Source of the DNA: a virus
IMG/VR virus record: IMGVR_UViG_3300021387_001333
Coordinates: 1 to 49,779 of that record
Direction: 5' to 3' (one strand)
Length of the DNA: 49,779 nucleotides
This document shows positions 14,081-21,253 of this stretch, piece by piece; position 1 is the stretch's first letter, and every line of letters starts with the position of its first letter. Both the position numbers and the translations under genes were made by a program. The notes below the pieces were generated by a model. It worked only from the letters and a program-made list of their open reading frames with translations, was not told where the DNA came from and did no database searches.

Positions 14081-14839
14081 ATGATGGATTGGTTCAAAAT
14101 GCAGACGGTCTGGGGTGCGTCAGTTGAAAGGCTGTCCGATGCCGAAGCCGGTAGATTCATCAAAGCCCTGTACGCATTTGTGCGGGACGGAGTTGAATAT
14201 GAAGGTTCGAGCGGAAGAGAAGACCCGACAATCTGGTTAGCTTTGGAAGCGTTGCGGGGGGATATTGAATCCTTCAAACAGAAAGAAGACAATCAAAAGG
14301 AGCATGAAGAAGCCTTGAAAGAGAAGCGCAGAGAGGCGGCACAAGCAAGATGGGCAAAGCAAAACGATGCAAGTGCATGCAAAGAAATGCAAGTGCATGC
14401 AAGTGCATCAGATGCAGAAGTTTGCATTGCAAGTGCATCGGAGAATAAGAATAAGAATAGAGATGTTAATAATTCTATTAAACCCCCTATACCCCCTTTG
14501 TTCGTCGATTTCTGGAAAGCCTATCCAAAGCATCAGGACAAACAGAACGCACTCAAGGCTTTTAAAAAGCTGAACCCCGACCAAGCACTGGTTGACCAGA
14601 TGATCAAGTCCATCAATGCTTGGAAACAGTCTGAGCAATGGACGAAGGACGGCGGTCAGTATATCCCGATGCCGACTACCTGGCTGAATGGCCGCCGATG
14701 GGAGGACGAGGCCGCCGCTCCGAAACAGGTTCCCGTCAAACAGGTTTCCGCCCAGCGGTATACCCAGCGGGATTACGACGAGGACGATCTGGAAAAGCGG
14801 CTGGGTGTGAATGACCTGTTCCGGGGGGTGGCGGGATGA
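14081..14839 (+). CDS. Replication-module protein (replisome-organizer-like; contains iterons)
   Basis: Its position follows ssb. The C-terminal FVDFWKAYPKH..K..ALKAFKKL....WLNGRRWEDE pattern is common in phage replication proteins (recollection). Confidence 0.6.
   Translation: MMDWFKMQTVWGASVERLSDAEAGRFIKALYAFVRDGVEYEGSSGREDPTIWLALEALRGDIESFKQKEDNQKEHEEALKEKRREAAQARWAKQNDASACKEMQVHASASDAEVCIASASENKNKNRDVNNSIKPPIPPLFVDFWKAYPKHQDKQNALKAFKKLNPDQALVDQMIKSINAWKQSEQWTKDGGQYIPMPTTWLNGRRWEDEAAAPKQVPVKQVSAQRYTQRDYDEDDLEKRLGVNDLFRGVAG
14368..14438 (+). repeat. Putative origin iterons: 4 x TGCAAGTGCAT followed by an AT-rich tract
   Basis: Copies are at 14368, 14388, 14398 and 14428. An inverted ATGCA..TGCAT lies at 14411-14427, and AT-rich sequence follows at 14441-14480. 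Confidence 0.55.
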
Positions 14840-15657
14840 AGTGCGAGCTATACAACGACAGCTTCCAGAACTGGAAAAGCTACCCGATACAGAAAGCACA
14901 GTTGATCATCGCCGATATACCCTACAACCTGGGCGATGCCGCCTACGGCTCCAATCCCATGTGGTATATCGGCGGGGACAACAAGAACGGGGAGAGCGAG
15001 AAGGCGAAAAGCTCCTTCTTCACTTCCGACGGGTATTTCAGGATTGCCGAGTATTTCATGTTCTGTTCCCGCCTCATGAAGCCGGAACCGAAAAGAGGGG
15101 ACGGCGGAGCGCCCTGCATGATCGTCTTTTGCGCGTACCAGCAGCAATTCGACGTGATCCGCTGGGCGGCGGATGCAGGATTCGTGAAATATATCCCTCT
15201 GGTCTTCGTGAAGAACTACAGCCCGCAAGTGCTGAAAGCCAATATGAAGATCGTGGGCGCGACCGAATACGCCCTGGTCCTCTACCGCGACAGGCTCCCG
15301 AAATTCAACAACAACGGGCAGATGATCTTCAACTGGATGCCCTGGGAGCGTGACGGGAAGGACATCCCGAAGATTCACCCGACGCAAAAGCCCGTCTCCC
15401 TGCTGAAAAAGCTAATTGCCATCTTTACGGACGTTGGGGATGTCGTGATTGATCCCTGCGCCGGCAGCGGTTCCACTCTGCGGGCCGCCGCTGAAATGAG
15501 GCGCGATTCCTACGGCTTCGAGATCGACAAGAAGTTTTTCCAGCAGGCAAAAGAGCTGATGCTCGACCCGGATGCCCTGAACCAGCGGACGATTGCTGAC
15601 CTGTTCATTGAGGAACGGAGAAACGAGCAGATCAGGCTTGCAGGGGTGACAGCATGA
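14836..15657 (+). CDS. Beta-class N6-adenine/N4-cytosine DNA methyltransferase
   Basis: IIADIPYNLG is motif IV (DPPY-like), at the N-terminus. VIDPCAGSGSTLRAA is motif I, at the C-terminus. Confidence 0.85.
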   Translation: MKCELYNDSFQNWKSYPIQKAQLIIADIPYNLGDAAYGSNPMWYIGGDNKNGESEKAKSSFFTSDGYFRIAEYFMFCSRLMKPEPKRGDGGAPCMIVFCAYQQQFDVIRWAADAGFVKYIPLVFVKNYSPQVLKANMKIVGATEYALVLYRDRLPKFNNNGQMIFNWMPWERDGKDIPKIHPTQKPVSLLKKLIAIFTDVGDVVIDPCAGSGSTLRAAAEMRRDSYGFEIDKKFFQQAKELMLDPDALNQRTIADLFIEERRNEQIRLAGVTA

Positions 15658-16319
15658 CTACGACTTACGGCAGCTATTATGACACTCTCCCGGACGGTCG
15701 GGTGCTGATCGTCTCCCCCATGCCGGAGGGCGCGGATGGGTCAGATGTCCGGCTCTTGTGGCAGGATCAGGACGAGATCAGCAGTGAACAACGCAGGAAA
15801 ATATTTGCGATCTGCGGGGAAATCGCCCAATGGTCGGCGCATGATCCTGAGTACGTGCGGAAAAACCTGACGGCGGATTTCCTGCGGGCAAATATCGAAC
15901 AGCTCCAGCTTTCGGCCCTGTCCCTGGCAATCTCCGGGAACTGCGACAAAGGAACCGCAAGCCTGTTCATCGACTTTTTGATAAACTTCTGCTTGGAAAA
16001 CGAGGTTCCGACCAGCAGACCCTTGCAGGAATACGCCGACGATCTGGAGCGGTACACCTACGGAGCGCTCCTGCACAAACGGTGCGTGGTCTGCGGGAAA
16101 AAGGCTGATCTCCACCATGTGGATCAGGTGGGCATGGGCTACAACAGGAACACAAAACCGCAGTTAGGTGCATTAGTGATGCCGCTGTGCCTGGTGCATC
16201 ATGGGGAGTATCACACATTAGGAAAAACAGAATTTGAAAGCCGATATCATGTGGTTCCCGTCCCGATGGATCGGAGAATCGCAGGAAAATACAACATCAG
16301 CGGCAAAGCCGCATCATGA
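15654..16319 (+). CDS. Zn-binding HNH/DUF968-like protein
   Basis: CVVCGKKADLHHV....PLCLVHHGEYH pattern. Confidence 0.6.
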   Translation: MTTTYGSYYDTLPDGRVLIVSPMPEGADGSDVRLLWQDQDEISSEQRRKIFAICGEIAQWSAHDPEYVRKNLTADFLRANIEQLQLSALSLAISGNCDKGTASLFIDFLINFCLENEVPTSRPLQEYADDLERYTYGALLHKRCVVCGKKADLHHVDQVGMGYNRNTKPQLGALVMPLCLVHHGEYHTLGKTEFESRYHVVPVPMDRRIAGKYNISGKAAS

Positions 16320-16334
16320 GAAAGGATTCAGAAA

Positions 16335-16574
16335 ATGTCAAAAAATATTGATCGTAGGCTTGAAAAGTTAGAAACAATGGCTAAACAGAACGGCCTCAAA
16401 GAATACCGCTTCAACCTCAGTTTATCATACCAAAATACCGATTATATCCGGGTTATGTCCGGTATTAAAGGTGAAACAATGACCCAGTTTATTAACGATG
16501 CTCTTGATGCTGACAGGGCGAGAAACATGAAAGTTTACCACATGGCAAAGGAATTAGCAAAAGAGATTGATTAA
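16335..16574 (+). CDS. Hypothetical protein (possible RHH)
   Basis: ORF track. Confidence 0.55.
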   Translation: MSKNIDRRLEKLETMAKQNGLKEYRFNLSLSYQNTDYIRVMSGIKGETMTQFINDALDADRARNMKVYHMAKELAKEID

Positions 16575-16592
16575 GAAAATAGGGGGCAACAC

Positions 16593-16883
16593 ATGACAAA
16601 CCGAGAAGCATTTAACCAACTGATTCGCAAAGAAATGCTCGAAAAAGTAGAAGCTGTCGAGAAGATGGATACCGGGTTGCTGGTTGCCGCGCCAAAGGAG
16701 TATCACATCAGCGTTCATATACACGATCTGCTCTGTGTTTACAAAATAAACAGCACAGGCAAGAGCATCGGCAAAGCGCAGGACGTTGTGGACTGGCTAA
16801 ACAACGAACGAACCGATGAAGAAGAAAAAGGCTGGCTTGACAGTGTCGCATGGAACCGGAAATGGGAGGCAAGAGCGCATTGA
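16593..16883 (+). CDS. Hypothetical protein
   Basis: ORF track; GGGGGCAACAC precedes the ATG. Confidence 0.6.
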   Translation: MTNREAFNQLIRKEMLEKVEAVEKMDTGLLVAAPKEYHISVHIHDLLCVYKINSTGKSIGKAQDVVDWLNNERTDEEEKGWLDSVAWNRKWEARAH

Positions 16884-17065
16884 AACAGTTAGGATTTTGT
16901 CCGCTCACCAAATCCGAATGCCGTGAGGACTGCATGTGGTATGTTGCATATACACAGAAAAGTAAAAAATACGACACATGCGCTATTACGGAAACGGCGG
17001 TGCAGTTGGAATTTGTAGCGGATTATCTTGAAGATATACAAGTAACGGAGGCGCGTAATGCCTGA
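16850..17065 (+). CDS. Small Cys-rich protein
   Basis: ORF track; GFCPLTKSECREDCMWY pattern. The start may be ATG 16862. Confidence 0.55.
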   Translation: MEPEMGGKSALKQLGFCPLTKSECREDCMWYVAYTQKSKKYDTCAITETAVQLEFVADYLEDIQVTEARNA

Positions 17066-17095
17066 ATACATTAAAGTAACACGATAGATCATTAG

Positions 17096-17357
17096 GAGCG
17101 TCAGCGGCTCAAGAGAGCAGATGTCAGACCTACGCAGCTTTTTCATGACGAGCCTTTTTTCATAAAAGGTTTCCTCCTTTCGATTAGGGATTGATACACT
17201 TCCTTTCCGCAGACGGAGGATTCTTGGAGGGCGGGCGGGTATGCAATCCGAAATCTGCAAATTCCCCGGCGCTGACCGCTCAGAAGCACGGGACTGCCCC
17301 CGGGAAGGGCGATGACCTTCAGAAAGTCTCAACCGCAATGCTTCTGCGCTGACGTTC
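17096..17357 (+). ncRNA. Candidate structured leader RNA (nested long-range helices)
   Basis: GAGCGTCAGCG (17096-17106) pairs with CGCTGACGTTC (17347-17357) over 11 bp with one G.U, so it is + strand specific. CAGAAGCA (17281-17288) pairs with TGCTTCTG (17339-17346) directly adjacent. No convincing ORF is present. Confidence 0.3.
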
Positions 17358-17428
17358 TGAAATATATTTTAAATCAATAATCCGCGCACGGCGGAAGATC
17401 GACAAAAATTATTGATTTGGAGGGCAAC

Positions 17429-17602
17429 ATGGAAGAACTGAATCACGAAGTAGAGCGTTTCGAGAACCTGATGTACAAAGGCTGCGAACCACACTGGCAT
17501 TGTATACACTGTGATAATTATTGGCCGTTTCACTGCTATGGGCGGCGTGATCTCGAACAGATGAAATGTCCGGCACGGAACAAGGAGGACACGGATGACT
17601 GA
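17429..17602 (+). CDS. Small Cys/His-rich protein
   Basis: ATG 17429 follows GGAGGGCAAC. Confidence 0.6.
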   Translation: MEELNHEVERFENLMYKGCEPHWHCIHCDNYWPFHCYGRRDLEQMKCPARNKEDTDD

Positions 17603-17873
17603 CCTGGAGAAGGTTATCAAAGGGCTTGAGCATTGTGACTTTGGTGTTTCCGGCACTTGTTACGAAAAGGAGTGTCCGTACTATCAAAGCCATGACTGCA
17701 CAGACGAATTAAAAAATGACATTCTTGTCTTGCTAAAAAAGCAGGAAGCGGTTGTTAGGTGCAAGGATTGTAAATATTGTGAATACCCAAAGTCAGAAAA
17801 GGAATGGTGTAAAAAAGGGCATTTGCACGGGAATGCGGAGAATTGGTTCTGCGCTGATTGGGAAAGGCAGTGA
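17595..17873 (+). CDS. Cys-rich protein
   Basis: ORF track; several CxxC pairs. Confidence 0.65.
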   Translation: MTDLEKVIKGLEHCDFGVSGTCYEKECPYYQSHDCTDELKNDILVLLKKQEAVVRCKDCKYCEYPKSEKEWCKKGHLHGNAENWFCADWERQ

Positions 17874-17879
17874 AATGGG

Positions 17880-18086
17880 ATGAAAATAGAAGAATGGGAA
17901 AATAAAACTGACGAATGGAAGAACGGTTATTTGGCGTATGTAAATAGTTACACTATTGCAAACCTAGGTGAAATGAGTAAAGATTGGTGGTTAGGATTTG
18001 ATTATGCTTTCAGATATGCAAAGTTAGATAAACAGAATGGCGAATACCCGTTTATATTTTTTGCAAAAGGCGGTGAAGTGGGATAA
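17880..18086 (+). CDS. Hypothetical protein (AT-rich insert)
   Basis: ORF track; visibly lower G+C than neighbouring genes. Confidence 0.55.
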   Translation: MKIEEWENKTDEWKNGYLAYVNSYTIANLGEMSKDWWLGFDYAFRYAKLDKQNGEYPFIFFAKGGEVG

Positions 18087-18257
18087 ATGATAGCGTATAT
18101 TGTAATCTTAATTGTAATCTTGATTATAATGCTGGTATATCTTGATTATTCGTTTTGGTATAGTGCTGAAATGCACAACATATGGCATCCAGAAAATCTC
18201 AAGAAGTTTAGAGGCGTTTTATATAAACTTTGGGATTTCATTGATAAGAGCACTTGA
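18087..18257 (+). CDS. Small membrane protein (56 aa, below the ORF-track cutoff)
   Basis: ATG 18087 follows TAA 18084-18086 directly. The sequence MIAYIVILIVILIIMLVYL is a TM helix. Stop TGA is at 18255-18257. Confidence 0.45.
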   Translation: MIAYIVILIVILIIMLVYLDYSFWYSAEMHNIWHPENLKKFRGVLYKLWDFIDKST

Positions 18258-18258
18258 A

Positions 18259-18321
18259 ATGACCATTGATGATGTCACCCACTGGATGCCGCTTCCTGAA
18301 CCGCCGGAAAAAGAAAAATGA
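18259..18321 (+). pseudogene. C-terminal remnant of a DUF551-like gene
   Basis: It encodes MTIDDVTHWMPLPEPPEKEK, and THWMPLPEPP is the characteristic DUF551 C-terminal end. It shares 24 of 25 nt with 22297-22321. Confidence 0.5.
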
Positions 18322-18379
18322 TAAACACCCCGGATTAAAGCCCGACAGAGATCGGCTATCCGGGATCGGAGGGAAACAC

Positions 18380-18625
18380 ATGGCAGAATGGCACAAATTC
18401 ACAAAGAAAACCATGCCGGAGGTAAACGGGAAAACCTTCTTGATCTGCCGAGGCTACAAAGACCCGGATGATCAAATCATGTGTACAGCAAAGCGGGTGC
18501 AGTATGACGGAAACGAGCCGTACATAAGATACATCGGCCATATAGGCTATGGTGAATTTGGATGGATGGAATTGCCGAAGGAAGAATACTTTGACACTGT
18601 TTGGCAGGAGATCGATTATCCATGA
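18380..18625 (+). CDS. Hypothetical protein
   Basis: ATG 18380 follows GGAGGGAAACAC, in the frame of ORF 18266..18625. Confidence 0.6.
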   Translation: MAEWHKFTKKTMPEVNGKTFLICRGYKDPDDQIMCTAKRVQYDGNEPYIRYIGHIGYGEFGWMELPKEEYFDTVWQEIDYP

Positions 18626-18954
18626 GATGGCTGAAAGAAAGCAAGTACCACAACAAGCGGGTCACGGTGGACGGGATAACCTTTGATTCTGTGAAGGAAG
18701 CCAGCAGGTATCAGGAACTTCGGATGCTGGAGAGTGCCGGGGAGATCACCGGGCTTGTCCGCCAGCAGAAGATCGAGCTGATCCCAAAAACCAAACTGTA
18801 CCGGGCCTGTTATTACGTTTGTGATTTTATCTACTTCGATAAGCGGGAAAACAAAACGATCTATGAGGATGTCAAGGGAGTACGTACAAAAGAATATCTT
18901 TTGAAACGTAAACTGTTGTACTGGAGACACGGCATCGAGATCAAAGAAACATAA
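18622..18954 (+). CDS. DUF1064-like protein (putative nuclease fold)
   Basis: SKYHNKRVTVDGITFDSVKEASRYQEL....CDFIYFD....YEDVKG..TKEYLLKRKLL matches my recollection of DUF1064. Confidence 0.65.
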   Translation: MRWLKESKYHNKRVTVDGITFDSVKEASRYQELRMLESAGEITGLVRQQKIELIPKTKLYRACYYVCDFIYFDKRENKTIYEDVKGVRTKEYLLKRKLLYWRHGIEIKET

Positions 18955-18970
18955 ACGGAGGGCAACACAT

Positions 18971-19219
18971 GTGCTTTACATGAACCAAAAGCCGGATGAA
19001 TGGTCAGAAACCGTCCTACGGCACATTGGAAAAAATCTCCGGCGGAAGCGGCAGGATGCCGGATGGACGATCAACCGGATGTACGCCGAAACAGGGATTG
19101 CGCGGATCACTATTATGCGTTGGGAAAGCGGGAAACGGTCTCCGAAGCTGGACGATCTGTTATGGGTCTGCAAGTGCACCGGGTGGAGACTGTCAGAAAT
19201 CATTGGAGGGGCAAAATGA
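18971..19219 (+). CDS. XRE-family HTH regulator
   Basis: The start is either GTG 18971 or ATG 18980. GWTINRMYAETGIARITIMRWESGKRSP is an HTH. Confidence 0.7.
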   Translation: MLYMNQKPDEWSETVLRHIGKNLRRKRQDAGWTINRMYAETGIARITIMRWESGKRSPKLDDLLWVCKCTGWRLSEIIGGAK

Positions 19220-19584
19220 TCTCGGAGGCGACGAATACCAATCCCCCATTTTGGCGGGAATGGCGGCAGTTAGGTCACGCCGTGGTGCTCCGGGCCGTCT
19301 ACGATTACGCAAAGGCGAAGAAAAAAGCCGTAAAGGATAAGGACGGTTTTTACTACGCCCATGAGGTCGGGTATTATGAAAAGTTCTTCCGTTCACAATA
19401 TTTCGCCCATATCTGCCCGGACTATGACGGACACAAACTGCTTGAAATCTTGGAGGCCGGGAAGTGGAGGAGCCTTCCGAAAATTCACCGGGTAACCCCG
19501 CCGCCGACCTATGTAGTGTGGGAGTATAAGCCAGTAGAAACGCCTGACCCGAAGGGCAGAGGGAGGAAACGTAAGTATGGCTGA
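19216..19584 (+). CDS. Hypothetical protein
   Basis: ATG 19216 (ATGA overlap), in the frame of ORF 19000..19584. Confidence 0.6.
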   Translation: MISEATNTNPPFWREWRQLGHAVVLRAVYDYAKAKKKAVKDKDGFYYAHEVGYYEKFFRSQYFAHICPDYDGHKLLEILEAGKWRSLPKIHRVTPPPTYVVWEYKPVETPDPKGRGRKRKYG

Positions 19585-19906
19585 GGTTTGGAACCGGAAA
19601 CAGCGGCGGAAAATGGCCCGGTACGGCATCGGACAGGAAGCGTTAAACAAGGGCATTGACGAGGCATACAAGCGGGGCGAGGAGAACGCCAGCCGATCAG
19701 CCTTCGCCGGGATGATCCTTGCATTGTATCAGGAATTTAATTTCCCTGCTGACCGCATACACGATTTGGCAGTTGAGACCATGAAAAGGATTAACGGGGC
19801 TTACTGCGCTACCGAGCTTGTGGAGAAGGTGCGGGAACTGACCGGGTTTGACGTAGACCAGCCGCTTGATGAGTTTGAGGCGGATATAACGTTGATGGAG
19901 GACTAA
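19577..19906 (+). CDS. Hypothetical protein
   Basis: ORF track. Confidence 0.6.
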   Translation: MAEVWNRKQRRKMARYGIGQEALNKGIDEAYKRGEENASRSAFAGMILALYQEFNFPADRIHDLAVETMKRINGAYCATELVEKVRELTGFDVDQPLDEFEADITLMED

Positions 19907-19943
19907 AAATCAGGTAGGAGTTAGGAGGTAGGAGGTAGGAAGT

Positions 19944-20396
19944 ATGAAAATCATGTTAGATGGGCCAGACGCGATTCTGCCGACCCGTGCCCACGATCAG
20001 GACGCTGGGCTGGATTTGTACAGCCGGGAAGAAAAGATCATTGGCGGCATTTCCCGTGAGTACATTGATAATTATGATCCGCTTGAAAATTACGCCGTCT
20101 TTGATACAGGCGTTCACATCGAATTGCCGCCGGGGACGTTTGGACAGCTTTTCAGCAAAAGCGGCCTGAACGTCAACTATAACATCGTTTCATGTGGAGG
20201 CACAATCGACGAGGGCTACACCGGAAGCATCCACGTCAAGTTATACAACCTTGGGAAGAAGCCATATATGATCCGCAAGGGGCAGAAAATTTGTCAGTTG
20301 GTGATCATGCCCTGTTTGAAACCTGATCTTGAAATCGTAGAAAAATTGGAGGACACCGAGCGTGGAACAGGTGGGTTTGGATCAACAGGCATGTAA
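19944..20396 (+). CDS. dut: dUTP diphosphatase
   Basis: AHDQDAGLDLYS, GGTIDEGYTGSIHVKLYN and RGTGGFGSTG are dUTPase motifs. Confidence 0.9.
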   Translation: MKIMLDGPDAILPTRAHDQDAGLDLYSREEKIIGGISREYIDNYDPLENYAVFDTGVHIELPPGTFGQLFSKSGLNVNYNIVSCGGTIDEGYTGSIHVKLYNLGKKPYMIRKGQKICQLVIMPCLKPDLEIVEKLEDTERGTGGFGSTGM

Positions 20397-20517
20397 GAAC
20401 TGCCGCTATCGCTCAGATGATTTTACCAGCGTTTGCGTAAACGCCGATTCTGACCGTGTAGCAGATTTCGTGATGCCGGATGACTGGTGCGAAGAATGGG
20501 GAGCAGAAGAGGTTTAA
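20371..20517 (+). CDS. Small Cys-rich protein (48 aa, below the ORF-track cutoff)
   Basis: GTG 20371 (or TTG 20377) ... ACKNCRYRSDDFTSVCVNADSDRVADFVMPDDWCEEWGAEEV, stop TAA 20515-20517. It overlaps the end of dut. Confidence 0.45.
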   Translation: MGLDQQACKNCRYRSDDFTSVCVNADSDRVADFVMPDDWCEEWGAEEV

Positions 20518-20521
20518 AACA

Positions 20522-20588
20522 CAGGCACGTTCCGCGCTTGCGTGGGGCGAGAAATCCGCTGATCATTCACGGTCGGTGCAGTGCCTGA
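20522..20588 (+). ncRNA. Stem-closed RNA module M1
   Basis: 7-bp closing helix CAGGCAC/GTGCCTG, with an internal CCGCG-CUUG-CGUGG hairpin at 20532-20545, followed by GAAATAGGAG. Confidence 0.3.
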
Positions 20589-20597
20589 AATAGGAGT

Positions 20598-20718
20598 TTA
20601 AGCGGTGGCGGAATAGGTAGACGCTTATCTGACTAAGGGAGATAGTACGAGGGCAGGGAGAACCGAGTCGGCGAACTATGAATGCTCCCATGTGAGGTGC
20701 AAATCCTCACCCGCTTAA
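20598..20718 (+). ncRNA. Aberrant tRNA-Leu-like cloverleaf (module M2)
   Basis: Acceptor-like helix TTAAGCGG/CCGCTTAA of 8 bp. D arm GCG-GAATAGGTAGA-CGC. Stem TATCT/AGATA with a 9-nt loop GACTAAGGG. A 47-nt insert. T arm GTGAGG-TGCAAAT-CCTCAC. No CCA is encoded. Confidence 0.45.
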
Positions 20719-20739
20719 CTTAAATAGGAGCATTAAAAC

Positions 20740-20800
20740 AGGTTGCGGTGGTTGCGAGAGATGGGGAATGGGCAACGTAATTGGTGGGTGTCCGCAACTT
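20740..20800 (+). ncRNA. Stem-closed RNA module M3 (internally shortened relative of M2)
   Basis: 9-bp helix AGGTTGCGG/CCGCAACTT and an inner GTTGC/GCAAC stem. It shares GCGGTGG at the 5' end and CCGC..AACTTAAATA at the 3' end with M2. Confidence 0.3.
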
Positions 20801-20823
20801 AAATAACACATAGGAGGCTGACG

Positions 20824-20964
20824 ATGGACAACGAAACAGTTATCAAGGCCCTTGAAAAAGGCATCCGCATTTCAGAAGCCGCCGAAAGCGGGTGGGTCTG
20901 GATCACGATTGAGCAGGCGCGGAAAGCATTGGAGCTATTGATGGAGGGCAACGATGAACGATGA
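20824..20964 (+). CDS. Hypothetical small protein (46 aa)
   Basis: ATG 20824 follows ATAGGAGG; stop TGA at 20962-20964. It overlaps the next start. Confidence 0.45.
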   Translation: MDNETVIKALEKGIRISEAAESGWVWITIEQARKALELLMEGNDER

Positions 20965-21253
20965 ATACTTCGGAACCATTTGCCTGTGCGCTCTGCGGTA
21001 CGCTCTGGGCCGTCAGACTTACATGCCCGGAATCGTGCAAGATTTTATCCGGGCGCATATCAACGAGATCGACCAGAGCAGTATAAAGGTCATGCTCCGG
21101 GACATTGACGAAGCAGACAGGATCAGAACCTATATTTCAAACAGCGGGGATTCCATCGTGATTGATGGGCTGGGAGACACGAAGATTGACCGCCCCGGCT
21201 GGGAACGTCTGAGGGAATTTTTGAAAGGGAAGGTGACGGATGATGAACTATGA
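20954..21253 (+). CDS. Conserved phage protein (CALRYALGRQTY motif), function unknown
   Basis: ORF track; GGAGGGCAAC precedes the ATG. Confidence 0.65.
   Translation: MNDEYFGTICLCALRYALGRQTYMPGIVQDFIRAHINEIDQSSIKVMLRDIDEADRIRTYISNSGDSIVIDGLGDTKIDRPGWERLREFLKGKVTDDEL

Noticed and set aside
16889-17338. Minus-strand ORF with a perfect SD-like AAAGGAGGAA (complement of 17171-17180)
   Set aside because: The ATG at the proper spacing (17163) gives only MKKGSS and then a stop. The longer frame from ATG 17146 is antisense to the credible Cys-rich ORF 16850..17065 and looks like junk sequence. On the + strand the same bases are a CCUCC anti-SD-like tract within the candidate leader RNA. A tiny minus-strand peptide cannot be excluded.
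18969-18983. A four-codon upstream ORF (MCFT) whose TGA overlaps ATG 18980 of the XRE gene
   Set aside because: It is real in sequence, but in-frame GTG 18971 is an equally well-spaced start for the XRE protein. There is no basis to claim regulatory coupling.
20626-20644. A suppressor tRNA or alternative genetic code (the loop contains CTA and TAA triplets)
   Set aside because: All long ORFs are intact under the standard code, with TAA, TAG and TGA all used as stops. The 9-nt loop has no U33-anticodon-purine37 register that would give a CUA, UUA or UCA anticodon.
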